Assembly: GCA_902795755.1 (NCBI GenBank)
Contig: CADBMO010000080.1
Span: 1-26,849 of the forward strand
Length of the DNA stretch: 26,849 nt
Direction: 5' to 3'
Source: an uncultured Erysipelotrichaceae bacterium
GTDB taxonomy: Bacteria; Bacillota_I; Bacilli_A; RF39; UBA660
Shown here: positions 1-7,846 of the stretch, piece after piece
Numbering within the stretch: position 1 is the first letter of the stretch
How the letters are laid out: each line of letters begins with the position of its first letter
Notes under the pieces: model-generated
Told to the model about the DNA's origin: nothing
Database searches by the model: none
The model's input: the letters and a program-made list of their open reading frames with translations, nothing else
Program-made: the position numbers and the translations under genes

Positions 1-171
1 AGTTTAAACTGCCTTGTTAGAAAATTAGACATAACTTTCTTACAATTTATGAGTAAGTTATTAAAATTTATGGGTAAGAAACGCCAAGTTAAAAGTAAAA
101 AATTACTCAGTTGTTTTAATTCTTCGCCTTGCGGATCGGGCAAGAAATATAAACAATGTCATGGTAAATAG
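1..171 (+). CDS. secA: 3' end of a SEC-C motif protein, most likely preprotein translocase SecA (C-terminal zinc-binding tail)
   Basis: Frame 1 is open from base 1 to TAG 169-171. The terminal residues SSPCGSGKKYKQCHGK match the SecA C-terminal SEC-C motif (CxCGSGKKYKxCH), except that the first Cys is Ser. secA lies upstream of prfB in B. subtilis-type synteny. Confidence 0.55.
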   Translation, partial: SLNCLVRKLDITFLQFMSKLLKFMGKKRQVKSKKLLSCFNSSPCGSGKKYKQCHGK

Positions 172-180
172 GATAAAATA

Positions 181-210
181 AAGGATGTAGAAACATATAC
201 ATCCTTTTTT
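181..210 (+). terminator. Rho-independent terminator after secA
   Basis: Hairpin AAGGATGTA (181-189) / TACATCCTT (198-206) followed by a T-run. Confidence 0.75.
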
Positions 211-297
211 AAATAATTAATGGTATAATATATATAGGAGTTGGTAAAATGTCAAATAACTATAAAAATATTTATATGCTGACAGAAAAAATATTAT

Positions 298-543
298 ATG
301 AATAATTTGTTTAACAATATAAACAATCTTCATACCACGCAGCTCGGCGTTTTAAGAATAAAAAGCAATTTAAAAATAGATGGTGATGTTGTTGAGTTTT
401 TAAAAAACAAAATATTAAAGAAGAATTGTAATATATATAAAAAAGGTAAAAATTGGTATTGTAAAATAGACAAAATTAGAATAACAATAAATGCAAGCAG
501 TTATACAATTATTACTGCACATTATATAAAGGAGGAATTATGA
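298..543 (+). CDS. DUF3781 family small protein
   Basis: 81 aa with LHTTQLGVLRIKSNL, GKNWY and INASSYTIITAH, which I recall as hallmarks of DUF3781. No SD before ATG 298. Its stop overlaps the next start (ATGA). Confidence 0.6.
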   Translation: MNNLFNNINNLHTTQLGVLRIKSNLKIDGDVVEFLKNKILKKNCNIYKKGKNWYCKIDKIRITINASSYTIITAHYIKEEL

Positions 544-1355
544 AACTAACAAAAGGGAAAATAATATTAGCAATTATTGTGGTGTACTTTGCAATATTTG
601 CAGTTATTAATATTAATAAGGAAAAAAATTATAATGAGGATATTTTAAAAAAGGTCGTTTATGTGACAAATGGTAAGCTTGATAAGAAAAACGAAGGTAA
701 ATTAGTATTAGTATCAGGCAAGGTAGAATATGACAAATTAGTTACTTTTGATGAATTAGAAGATTTTGGAACTATTAAGATTAGTAGAACCGTAGAAGAT
801 TATGTTAAAATTGTTGATGAATCAAATGAGACTCATTATGATTGGAATGAAAGAAAAGTTGCACTTGAAGGAGAAACAGATCCTTTAAAAACCATTTTAT
901 CAGAACAAAAGGTATCAAAAGTTAATATTGGAGAATATGAACTAGATAATAAAGGATTGGATTTAATAAAAGCAGATAGATACTATAGCGCTCAAGAATT
1001 GGTATATGGTTTGCCAACCACAGGTATCAGTTATGAAAGAGATCCATGGGAGGAAAACTTAGAAGAAGGCGATATTAGGTTAACGTATAAATATTATGAT
1101 TTAAAGAAGCATCCATATATGTCTGTTTTAGCAGTTCAAAAAGGTAACTCTTTTATACCATATAAGGTAGATAAAAAAACAGAAGTTTACCAAGTTTTTG
1201 ATCATAAAGTGGATACTAAATCTAAATTATCAAAAGAATTAAAGATTAATGTTAAAAAAACCACAAAAGGTAAATTCTTATTTATTTTAATGATATTATG
1301 TGTTGGGGTATTTCTTATAATCGATAATAACAAAAGCAAGAAAGAAGCAAAATAA
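540..1355 (+). CDS. TMEM43 (DUF1625)-like membrane protein
   Basis: N- and C-terminal TM helices. The NEGKLVLVSGKV ... FG ... ISRTVEDY ... W.E pattern resembles the TMEM43 family core. SD AAGGAGG lies upstream. Confidence 0.5.
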   Translation: MKLTKGKIILAIIVVYFAIFAVININKEKNYNEDILKKVVYVTNGKLDKKNEGKLVLVSGKVEYDKLVTFDELEDFGTIKISRTVEDYVKIVDESNETHYDWNERKVALEGETDPLKTILSEQKVSKVNIGEYELDNKGLDLIKADRYYSAQELVYGLPTTGISYERDPWEENLEEGDIRLTYKYYDLKKHPYMSVLAVQKGNSFIPYKVDKKTEVYQVFDHKVDTKSKLSKELKINVKKTTKGKFLFILMILCVGVFLIIDNNKSKKEAK

Positions 1356-1356
1356 T

Positions 1357-2052
1357 ATGAAAAACAAAGTAGTTTTAGTTGTTATTATTGTTATAACATT
1401 ATTTGTTTTATTGTTATTTTTGTTAGGTGATAATGCATATGACAAAGTTATGTATCCAAATGCCAAAAGAGTTGGTAACGGCTCAATAAAAATATCTTGT
1501 GTTGGAGATAGTATAACTTATGGGTTAGGCGTACTTAAAAACAGAGAATACGCTTGGCCATCAGTTTTGGCAAAAGAGTTAGGAAAAAACTATCAAACTA
1601 TAAATTATGGTCTTTCAAACAGGACTCTTTTATCAACTGGGGATATGCCATATATGAAAGAAAAACTAGCCAAAGAATTTTGGAATAGTGAAGAAGATAT
1701 TATTCTATTTATGCTTGGTACAAATGATACAAAGGCAAAGAATTGGAATAAAGATTTATTTGAAAAAGAATATAAAAATATTGTAAAAAAATTAAAAAAG
1801 AAATCTAAATTATATATAATGATTCCACCTGCTGTATTTATTAAGCACCCTGGTAAATCTGAGCCAAACTATAAAAACTTAGAAGATGGGGTAATACCGA
1901 TTATTAAAAAGGTAGGTAAGGAAGAAAACGTAGAAGTAATAGATTTATATACTATTACTGTTGATCATCCTGAATGGTTTAAAGATAGACTACATCCTAA
2001 TCGTGAAGCTAATGAAAAAATTGCAAAAGAAATTGCTATTATAATTAAATAA
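1357..2052 (+). CDS. Membrane-anchored SGNH/GDSL-family hydrolase (esterase)
   Basis: N-terminal TM helix, then SGNH blocks CVGDSITYG (block I), GTND (block III) and DRLHPN (block V). Confidence 0.8.
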   Translation: MKNKVVLVVIIVITLFVLLLFLLGDNAYDKVMYPNAKRVGNGSIKISCVGDSITYGLGVLKNREYAWPSVLAKELGKNYQTINYGLSNRTLLSTGDMPYMKEKLAKEFWNSEEDIILFMLGTNDTKAKNWNKDLFEKEYKNIVKKLKKKSKLYIMIPPAVFIKHPGKSEPNYKNLEDGVIPIIKKVGKEENVEVIDLYTITVDHPEWFKDRLHPNREANEKIAKEIAIIIK

Positions 2053-2084
2053 ATATGTTATAATACGTTAGAAGGAGAAGTAAT

Positions 2085-2810
2085 ATGAAAAAGGAATTAG
2101 TTTGTGAATACTGTAATAACGAAATAACTTTAGACGATAAAAAATGCCCAAATTGTGGAGCTAACTGTTCAAAAGTAATTAAAGAATATCAAAAAACAAT
2201 TGAACAAGAAAGACAAGAAGAATTAGAAAGTGTTGCAAAAAAAGCAAAACCAAAACTAATATTAAGTAATTTATTTGGTATTGGTGTTGCGTTATTTATT
2301 ATAGGATTAATAATTCTTGCCGGGGTTAGTATATTCAAAGCGATAAAATCAACTGGTGATTTTGGTGAAGGTAAAACTGGATCAAATAAAGCATCTGTTG
2401 GCTATCAAGAAAAAGCAAGAGCTGGAGAATTAGAAGCTACTTTATTAAGTTATGATTTATTTGAATATAAATCAGATCATTTCGATCATTATAATACAAA
2501 ATCTGGTTATCAAAAAATAGCATTTGAATTTGAGGTAAAGAATTTATCTGATATGAATAATGACGCAAAAATAACTTTAAAGGCAGATGGGTACAACGTA
2601 TCAAAAACGGCTTTAAGTATTGATTCTGGTTTTGCAACGCTTGTTCAAGGTAAGAGTGATTATCCTAAAATCGATACGTTTATAATAGATGAAAATGACA
2701 CTCAAAAAGGATATGTTGGTTTTGAAGTTCCAAAAGATAAAAAGGAATTGTTATTTAGAGTTGGTGATTATATTACCATAAAGATGGATAATCCAGTATA
2801 TAATAAATGA
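2085..2810 (+). CDS. Zinc-ribbon / single-TM / DUF4352-like extracytoplasmic beta-sandwich protein
   Basis: CEYC-x12-CPNC zinc ribbon, one TM helix (LFGIGVALFIIGLIILAGVSIF), and a C-terminal domain with a YVGFEVPKDKKELLF motif typical of DUF4352-like domains. SD GAAGGAG. Confidence 0.6.
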   Translation: MKKELVCEYCNNEITLDDKKCPNCGANCSKVIKEYQKTIEQERQEELESVAKKAKPKLILSNLFGIGVALFIIGLIILAGVSIFKAIKSTGDFGEGKTGSNKASVGYQEKARAGELEATLLSYDLFEYKSDHFDHYNTKSGYQKIAFEFEVKNLSDMNNDAKITLKADGYNVSKTALSIDSGFATLVQGKSDYPKIDTFIIDENDTQKGYVGFEVPKDKKELLFRVGDYITIKMDNPVYNK

Positions 2811-2821
2811 GAATTTAGTGC

Positions 2822-2850
2822 TTTACAATTAACTTGTAAATATATATAAT
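2822..2850 (+). promoter_or_regulatory. Sigma-A type promoter (TTTACA-17 nt-TATAAT)
   Basis: -35 TTTACA at 2822-2827, 17-nt spacer, -10 TATAAT at 2845-2850, just upstream of the small ORF SD. Confidence 0.5.
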
Positions 2851-2872
2851 ATGAAAAAAGGAGGCTTTGTTT

Positions 2873-3058
2873 ATGAATTACACAGGAAGAGATAGCAAGA
2901 GAGATATAAAACCTAAAGTTATATATGGTGGCAACAGATTGTATGCTCCAACATCTAATCATTATGGAAGTGATATACCTTTATCAAGACCACTTCCAAA
3001 TACAAAAAGATATAAAGACGATTTAAAGAAAAGGTCAGGAGTTAAAAAGCAAAAATGA
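2873..3058 (+). CDS. Small basic hypothetical protein (61 aa)
   Basis: SD AAGGAGG 2858-2864 sits 8 nt before ATG 2873; the ORF-track TTG 2867 is less likely. No family recognised. The TGA stop lies at the base of the downstream T-box Stem I. Confidence 0.45.
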   Translation: MNYTGRDSKRDIKPKVIYGGNRLYAPTSNHYGSDIPLSRPLPNTKRYKDDLKKRSGVKKQK

Positions 3059-3237
3059 AGAAATATTATATAGTTAAGCATATTAGTGAGCTTGGTATAG
3101 TGAAAACAAGTTATGATACTATATAATTCCTATCTTCTAGTGAAATGAAAACATTTCCGGTTAAAACCGTTATATTAATTAAGTTAATAAAAGGATGGTA
3201 CCGTCTTTAAGACTCCTTTAAGTGCCATCTTTTTTTA
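3055..3237 (+). promoter_or_regulatory. T-box riboswitch leader with intrinsic terminator; candidate specifier CCU (Pro)
   Basis: Conserved T-box sequence AAAAGGATGGTACCGTC at 3189-3205. Terminator arms AAGGATGGTAC (3191-3201) / GTGCCATCTT (3222-3231) plus T-run. Stem I elements by hand fold: AG-bulge-like TTAGTGAG 3083-3090, and distal hairpin CTTG/CAAG with loop GTATAGTGAAAA 3095-3106. Specifier-loop 3' strand is TAATTCCTA with CCT at 3129-3131 followed by A. Confidence 0.8.
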
Positions 3238-3250
3238 TATAGGAGGAAAT

Positions 3251-4525
3251 ATGAAATTAAGTAAACTAAACATTAAAAAAATAAATATGAATGACGTGGC
3301 TAAAAAGTATCCTGGCCAAGATATATTGATGAAGTTAGGAGAATTATATCAATATGAAAGTGGGATATTTGGTTATGGTAATATTTGGACAAAAATTGAA
3401 AACACTGTAAAAAGAATAATAATTGAAGAATTAGATAAAGCAGATTGCATACAAACCAGTTTTCCTAAATTACAGCCAAGGAAAATATGGGACGAATCTA
3501 GCAGGTGGAATACGTATACGAAAGAGCAAGATATAATGTTTACCGTAAATAATAACTTAGGTGAATATGGACTTGCGCCTACTGCTGAGGAGTGTGCAAC
3601 TATATTTGGAGCAAATAGATTACCTTCTTATAAACAATTACCTACAACATACTATCAAATAGGTGAAAAATTTAGAAAAGAAATACGCGCAAGAGGATAT
3701 TTGTTTAGACCAAGAACATTTACAATGATGGATGCATATTCTTTTGATGTTGATGAAGAAAATATGCATAAAACATTTAATAAAATGCATGATGTTTATA
3801 TGAATATTTTTAAAAGACTAGGAATTAATATTATTCCTGTTATTTCTGATGGTGGTACGATGGGCGGTCGTGTTTCTGAAGAGTTTCAAGCAATTACTGA
3901 GTTTGGAGAAGATAAGATCTTATATGATAAAGAAAGTAATGTAGGTATTAATAAAGAAGTTTTAGATTTTGATGATAAAGAAGTATTCATAGATAGGTTA
4001 AATGGTTTAAATATTGAAAATATGAAAGAGTACAATTCTTTAGAGTTAGGTAATAATTTTGAATTAGGTACAAAGTATTCTGAGTCAATGGGATACTATT
4101 ATATAGACGAAGAAGGTAATAAAAAGCTATACTATATGGGATGTTATGGAATAGGACTTGGAAGAATAATAGCAGTATTAATTGAGAATAATATTATTAA
4201 AGCAAATGATAAAGTAAAAGGTTTTTCTCTTCCATATAATATATCACCATATAAAGTTCATATAATATACAATGATAACAATAAAGAAGAGGCTTTTAAC
4301 ATATACGATAAATTACAAAGAAATGGTATTAATGCTATAATAGATGATCGTGAAAAATTAAGTTTTGGTAATAGAATTAATGATGTTTATGTTTTGGGTA
4401 CTCCTAAAATGATAGTTTTAGGAAATAAGTATGATGGTTTAAACTTAGAAATAGAAAATACAAAGGATAATGTAAAGGAAATTGTAAAAAAAGAGGAAGT
4501 TATCGATTATTTTAAAAGAATATAA
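3251..4525 (+). CDS. Bacterial-type prolyl-tRNA synthetase-like class II aaRS lacking the INS editing domain (424 aa)
   Basis: Collinear with bacterial ProRS motifs: SYKQLPTTYYQIGEKFRKEIRARGYLFRPRTFTMMDAYSF (motif 2 region), ELGTKYS, MGCYGIGLGRIIAVLIE (motif 3), and a C-terminal anticodon-binding-like domain. Preceded by a T-box with a Pro-like specifier and SD AGGAGG. Confidence 0.75.
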   Translation: MKLSKLNIKKINMNDVAKKYPGQDILMKLGELYQYESGIFGYGNIWTKIENTVKRIIIEELDKADCIQTSFPKLQPRKIWDESSRWNTYTKEQDIMFTVNNNLGEYGLAPTAEECATIFGANRLPSYKQLPTTYYQIGEKFRKEIRARGYLFRPRTFTMMDAYSFDVDEENMHKTFNKMHDVYMNIFKRLGINIIPVISDGGTMGGRVSEEFQAITEFGEDKILYDKESNVGINKEVLDFDDKEVFIDRLNGLNIENMKEYNSLELGNNFELGTKYSESMGYYYIDEEGNKKLYYMGCYGIGLGRIIAVLIENNIIKANDKVKGFSLPYNISPYKVHIIYNDNNKEEAFNIYDKLQRNGINAIIDDREKLSFGNRINDVYVLGTPKMIVLGNKYDGLNLEIENTKDNVKEIVKKEEVIDYFKRI

Positions 4526-4542
4526 AAATATATTCTTTTTTT
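4517..4542 (+). terminator. Rho-independent terminator
   Basis: AGAATATA (4517-4524) / TATATTCT (4529-4536), then a T-run. Overlaps the stop codon. Confidence 0.6.
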
Positions 4543-4581
4543 ATTACATAAAATTTTATATAATTAATAAAGAGGTGGGGT

Positions 4582-5088
4582 ATGGCTAATAGTAGATATT
4601 TATGGTCACAAATTTTTGCGTTTCTAGCATTTGTTGTATCTATTTATGCGTATCAAAGAAATACGAAGAAAAAAATACTTTCAACAATGATTATAGCTAA
4701 TACACTTAACTTGGTGCATTATGCCATACTTAATGCATATTCAGGATGTATAACAAAAGTAGTTGGATTCTTTAGAGACTTAGCAATTGTTAAAAAAGGT
4801 AAAAGAAAAGCTAATTGGTTGCTCATTGTCTTTATAGTAATATATTTGATTGTTACGGTATTAACATATAAGGGACTTTATTCATTATTACCATTACTTG
4901 CAGCATCTATTTATATTTGTGGAATATGGAATGGTAAAGAACTAACAATAAAAAAAACAGCGTTTGTATGTTACTTTTTCTGGTTAGCATATAATATTTG
5001 TATTTTTTCAATTGTAGCAATTATATCAAACATTGTTTCAATAATTTCTGCGTTTGTTGCGGTAAAAAGATATAAAAATAAAGGTTGA
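4582..5088 (+). CDS. YgjV-like inner membrane protein
   Basis: 168 aa with about 5 TM helices. Size and layout resemble the YgjV (Imp-YgjV) family. SD GAGGTGGGG. Confidence 0.5.
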   Translation: MANSRYLWSQIFAFLAFVVSIYAYQRNTKKKILSTMIIANTLNLVHYAILNAYSGCITKVVGFFRDLAIVKKGKRKANWLLIVFIVIYLIVTVLTYKGLYSLLPLLAASIYICGIWNGKELTIKKTAFVCYFFWLAYNICIFSIVAIISNIVSIISAFVAVKRYKNKG

Positions 5089-5154
5089 CATATAGTCAAT
5101 CTTATTTTTTACATAAAGAGTAAAATATGTTATACTTATATAGTAGGTGATTGT

Positions 5155-6244
5155 ATGGAAATAACAAAAGAAAATATAGATTTAACAAAGAAAAAAATTG
5201 ATAAAATTTGGAGGAGTCTTTGACGTAGATAATAGGGTTAAAGAAAACGAAAAATTAGAAAGCGAAATGCAAGAACCTGATTTTTGGAACAGGGATGACT
5301 CAAATAGTGTTTTAGAACAAATAAAAAACAATAATGATATTATTAAACCTATGAAAGAATTAAAGAATAAGTTTGATAATATTTCATCATATTATGAAAT
5401 TCTTTCTGTAGAAGCAGATGCTGATTTAGAAAGAGATTTTATTAGAGAATATGATGAAATAAACAAGATGATAGAAGAAAAAGAAGTATTAGCATACTTA
5501 AATGGACCTTATGACAAAAATAACGCAATATTTGAAATACATGCAGGAGCAGGCGGTACGGAAAGCTGTGACTGGGCTCAAATGCTTTCTCGTATGTATA
5601 CAAGATTTTTTGAAAAACAAGGTTATAAATATGAAGTGATATCAGAACAAAAGGGCGAAGATGCAGGGATAAAAAGTATTGTTTATATGGTAAAAGGAAA
5701 TTTTTGTTATGGATACTTAAAATGTGAAAAAGGTGTTCATAGATTAGTTAGATTATCTCCTTTTGATTCTAATAATAGAAGGCATACCTCTTTTGCAGCA
5801 GTTGATGTCATTCCCGAATTTGATAATAATATAGAAGTTGAAATCAATGATAATGATATTAAAGTTGATGTATATAGAAGCAGTGGCGCAGGAGGTCAAG
5901 GTGTAAACACCACGGATAGTGCTGTAAGAATAACGCATATACCAACGGGTATAGTTGTGACATGTCAAAATGAAAGATCACAAATTAAGAATAAAGAAAC
6001 TGCCCTTGCAGTATTAAAAAGTAAGCTATATCAAATTCAATTAGAAGAGCAACAAAAAAGATTAGATAACGTTAAAGCAAATAATAGTAACATTGAATTT
6101 GGATCACAAATTAGAAGTTATGTAATGCATCCATATTCTATGGTAAAAGATCATAGAACTAATTATGAAACATCAAACGTTGATAAAGTGTTAGATGGTA
6201 ATATAGATGATTTTATTGATAAATATTTAAGAAAGGAAAACTAA
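5155..6244 (+). CDS. prfB: Peptide chain release factor 2, expressed through programmed +1 frameshift: join(5155..5220,5222..6244)
   Basis: ATG 5155 follows SD AGGTGA. Frame 0 reads MEITKENIDLTKKKIDKIWRSL and hits TGA at 5221-5223 in the context GGAGGAGT CTT TGA C. The +1 frame continues DVDNRVKEN... with the RF2 SPF motif (RLSPFDSNNRRHTSF) and GGQ (SGAGGQGVNTTDSAVRITH). Confidence 0.95.
5209..5224 (+). other. RF2 autoregulatory +1 frameshift site (internal SD-like GGAGG, slippery CTT, TGA C)
   Basis: TGGAGGAGTCTTTGAC matches the classical prfB recoding cassette. Confidence 0.9.
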
Positions 6245-6245
6245 T

Positions 6246-7151
6246 ATGGGACTTATAAGAGCAATTAGAAAAAGAAATAGTGAAAGAATTTTAAGAGCCG
6301 TAGAACATGCGCACTTAATAAAAAGATATGTATATTTAATATTAGGTGTATTAATATATGCTATTGCCTATAATCTATTCTTTTTAAAGAATAATTTAGT
6401 ATTTGGTGGAGTTGGTGGAATATCAATTATTACTAAAAACCTAGTTGATCCAACAATTATGATTCTTGCACTATCAATATTGTTATTAATAATTAGTTTT
6501 TTTGCCCTTGGTAAAAAAGAAACGTTAAATTCGCTAGTTGGGTCGTTATTGTTCCCTGTATTTGTATATTTAACAAAAAACATAGGTGATTATTTTGTAA
6601 TTGAAAATGATAATTTGTTATTGATTGCATTAATTGGTGGAGTAATGGTAGGTATAGGTTCTGGTATGGTATTTAAAACAGGATTTACTACTGGTGGAAC
6701 TGATATATTAAATCAAATAACATCAAAATATCTTAAGATATCTATAGGAACATCAATGTTAATTACCGATGGTGTTATAGTAATTATTGGTGGATTCTTC
6801 TTTGGATGGACAAGGGTACTTTATGCAATGATAGTTTTATACATAATTAGTTTAATGGTAGATAAGGTAGTACTTGGTATATCTAGTAAGAAAGCACTAT
6901 ACATTACAACAGATAAAGATGCTGAAATTGCAGATTATATAATGACTTCTTTAAACCTAGGTGTAACTATAATAGAAACTAAAGGTGGTTATACCAATAA
7001 AAGAAAACATATGTTAATGAGTGTTATTCCAACAGGAGATTACTTTAAAGTAAAAGAAGGAATTAATGAAATAGATGAAAACGCAATAATCGTTGCGACT
7101 GATGCATACCAAGCAGAAGGAACATACGGAAAAGGAAGAAGGAGGTACTAA
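6246..7151 (+). CDS. YitT/YvjA family (UPF0750, DUF2179) membrane protein
   Basis: Multi-TM N-terminal part with a GGVGGISII motif and a C-terminal soluble DUF2179-like domain (ETKGGYTNK...). Same position as yvjA downstream of prfB in B. subtilis. Confidence 0.75.
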   Translation: MGLIRAIRKRNSERILRAVEHAHLIKRYVYLILGVLIYAIAYNLFFLKNNLVFGGVGGISIITKNLVDPTIMILALSILLLIISFFALGKKETLNSLVGSLLFPVFVYLTKNIGDYFVIENDNLLLIALIGGVMVGIGSGMVFKTGFTTGGTDILNQITSKYLKISIGTSMLITDGVIVIIGGFFFGWTRVLYAMIVLYIISLMVDKVVLGISSKKALYITTDKDAEIADYIMTSLNLGVTIIETKGGYTNKRKHMLMSVIPTGDYFKVKEGINEIDENAIIVATDAYQAEGTYGKGRRRY

Positions 7152-7846
7152 TGGAGTTTATTAAGTTTAAAGATGTTGATAAAACGTATAAAAATGGTGT
7201 AAATGCTGTTTATGATATGAATTTATCAATAAAAAAAGGTGATTTCGTATTTATAATAGGTGCGTCTGGTTCTGGTAAATCTACCATGATAAAGATGTTA
7301 TATCGTGAAGAAAGACCAAGTAATGGTGAAATAATATTAGGTGGTATAAATGTTGCTAAAGTAAAAAATAGTAAGGTTTATAAACTAAGAAGAAAAATTG
7401 GTATAGTTTTCCAAGATTTCAAATTATTACCTAAATTAACGGTATATGAAAACGTGGCATTCGCACTTGAAATATATGGTTTACCAACTCATGAGGTAAG
7501 AAAAAAAGTGCTTAAAGCATTAGATTTAGTTGGATTAAAATCTAAAACAAAAAGTTACCCATCACAATTATCTGGAGGTGAACAACAACGTGTTGCAATA
7601 GCACGTGCGATAGTAAATTCACCAAAACTATTAATATGTGACGAGCCTACTGGTAACTTGGATCCTGATACTAGTTGGGAGGTAATGCAAGTTATTAAAA
7701 AGATTAATGATTTAGGAACAACCATAGTAATGGCAACACATGATAGGGAAATGGTTGATAGAATGAAAAAAAGAGTTATATATTTAGAAGATGGTAGATT
7801 GGTAAAAGACTATGAGAAAGGAACGTATGTAAATGAAAGCAATTAG
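7151..7846 (+). CDS. ftsE: Cell division ATP-binding protein FtsE
   Basis: Walker [10 protein letters not shown], signature LSGGEQQRV, Walker [13 protein letters not shown]. Overlaps ftsX by 14 nt. Confidence 0.9.
   Translation: MEFIKFKDVDKTYKNGVNAVYDMNLSIKKGDFVFIIGASGSGKSTMIKMLYREERPSNGEIILGGINVAKVKNSKVYKLRRKIGIVFQDFKLLPKLTVYENVAFALEIYGLPTHEVRKKVLKALDLVGLKSKTKSYPSQLSGGEQQRVAIARAIVNSPKLLICDEPTGNLDPDTSWEVMQVIKKINDLGTTIVMATHDREMVDRMKKRVIYLEDGRLVKDYEKGTYVNESN

Noticed and set aside
5085-5110. Considered the TTGACATATAGTCAA hairpin plus T-run after the YgjV-like gene as a terminator or a consensus -35.
   Set aside because: The stem is only 5 bp with a 5-nt loop, and no properly spaced -10 follows the TTGACA. 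Too weak to call either way.
5198-6244. The ORF-track start for prfB. Also the track starts at 2867, 10011, 11167, 15746, 21980, 25532 and 25977.
   Set aside because: These are merely the first possible starts in the open frame. SD spacing and homologous N-termini favour 5155 (with frameshift), 2873, 10020, 11191, 15782, 21989, 25562 and 25989.
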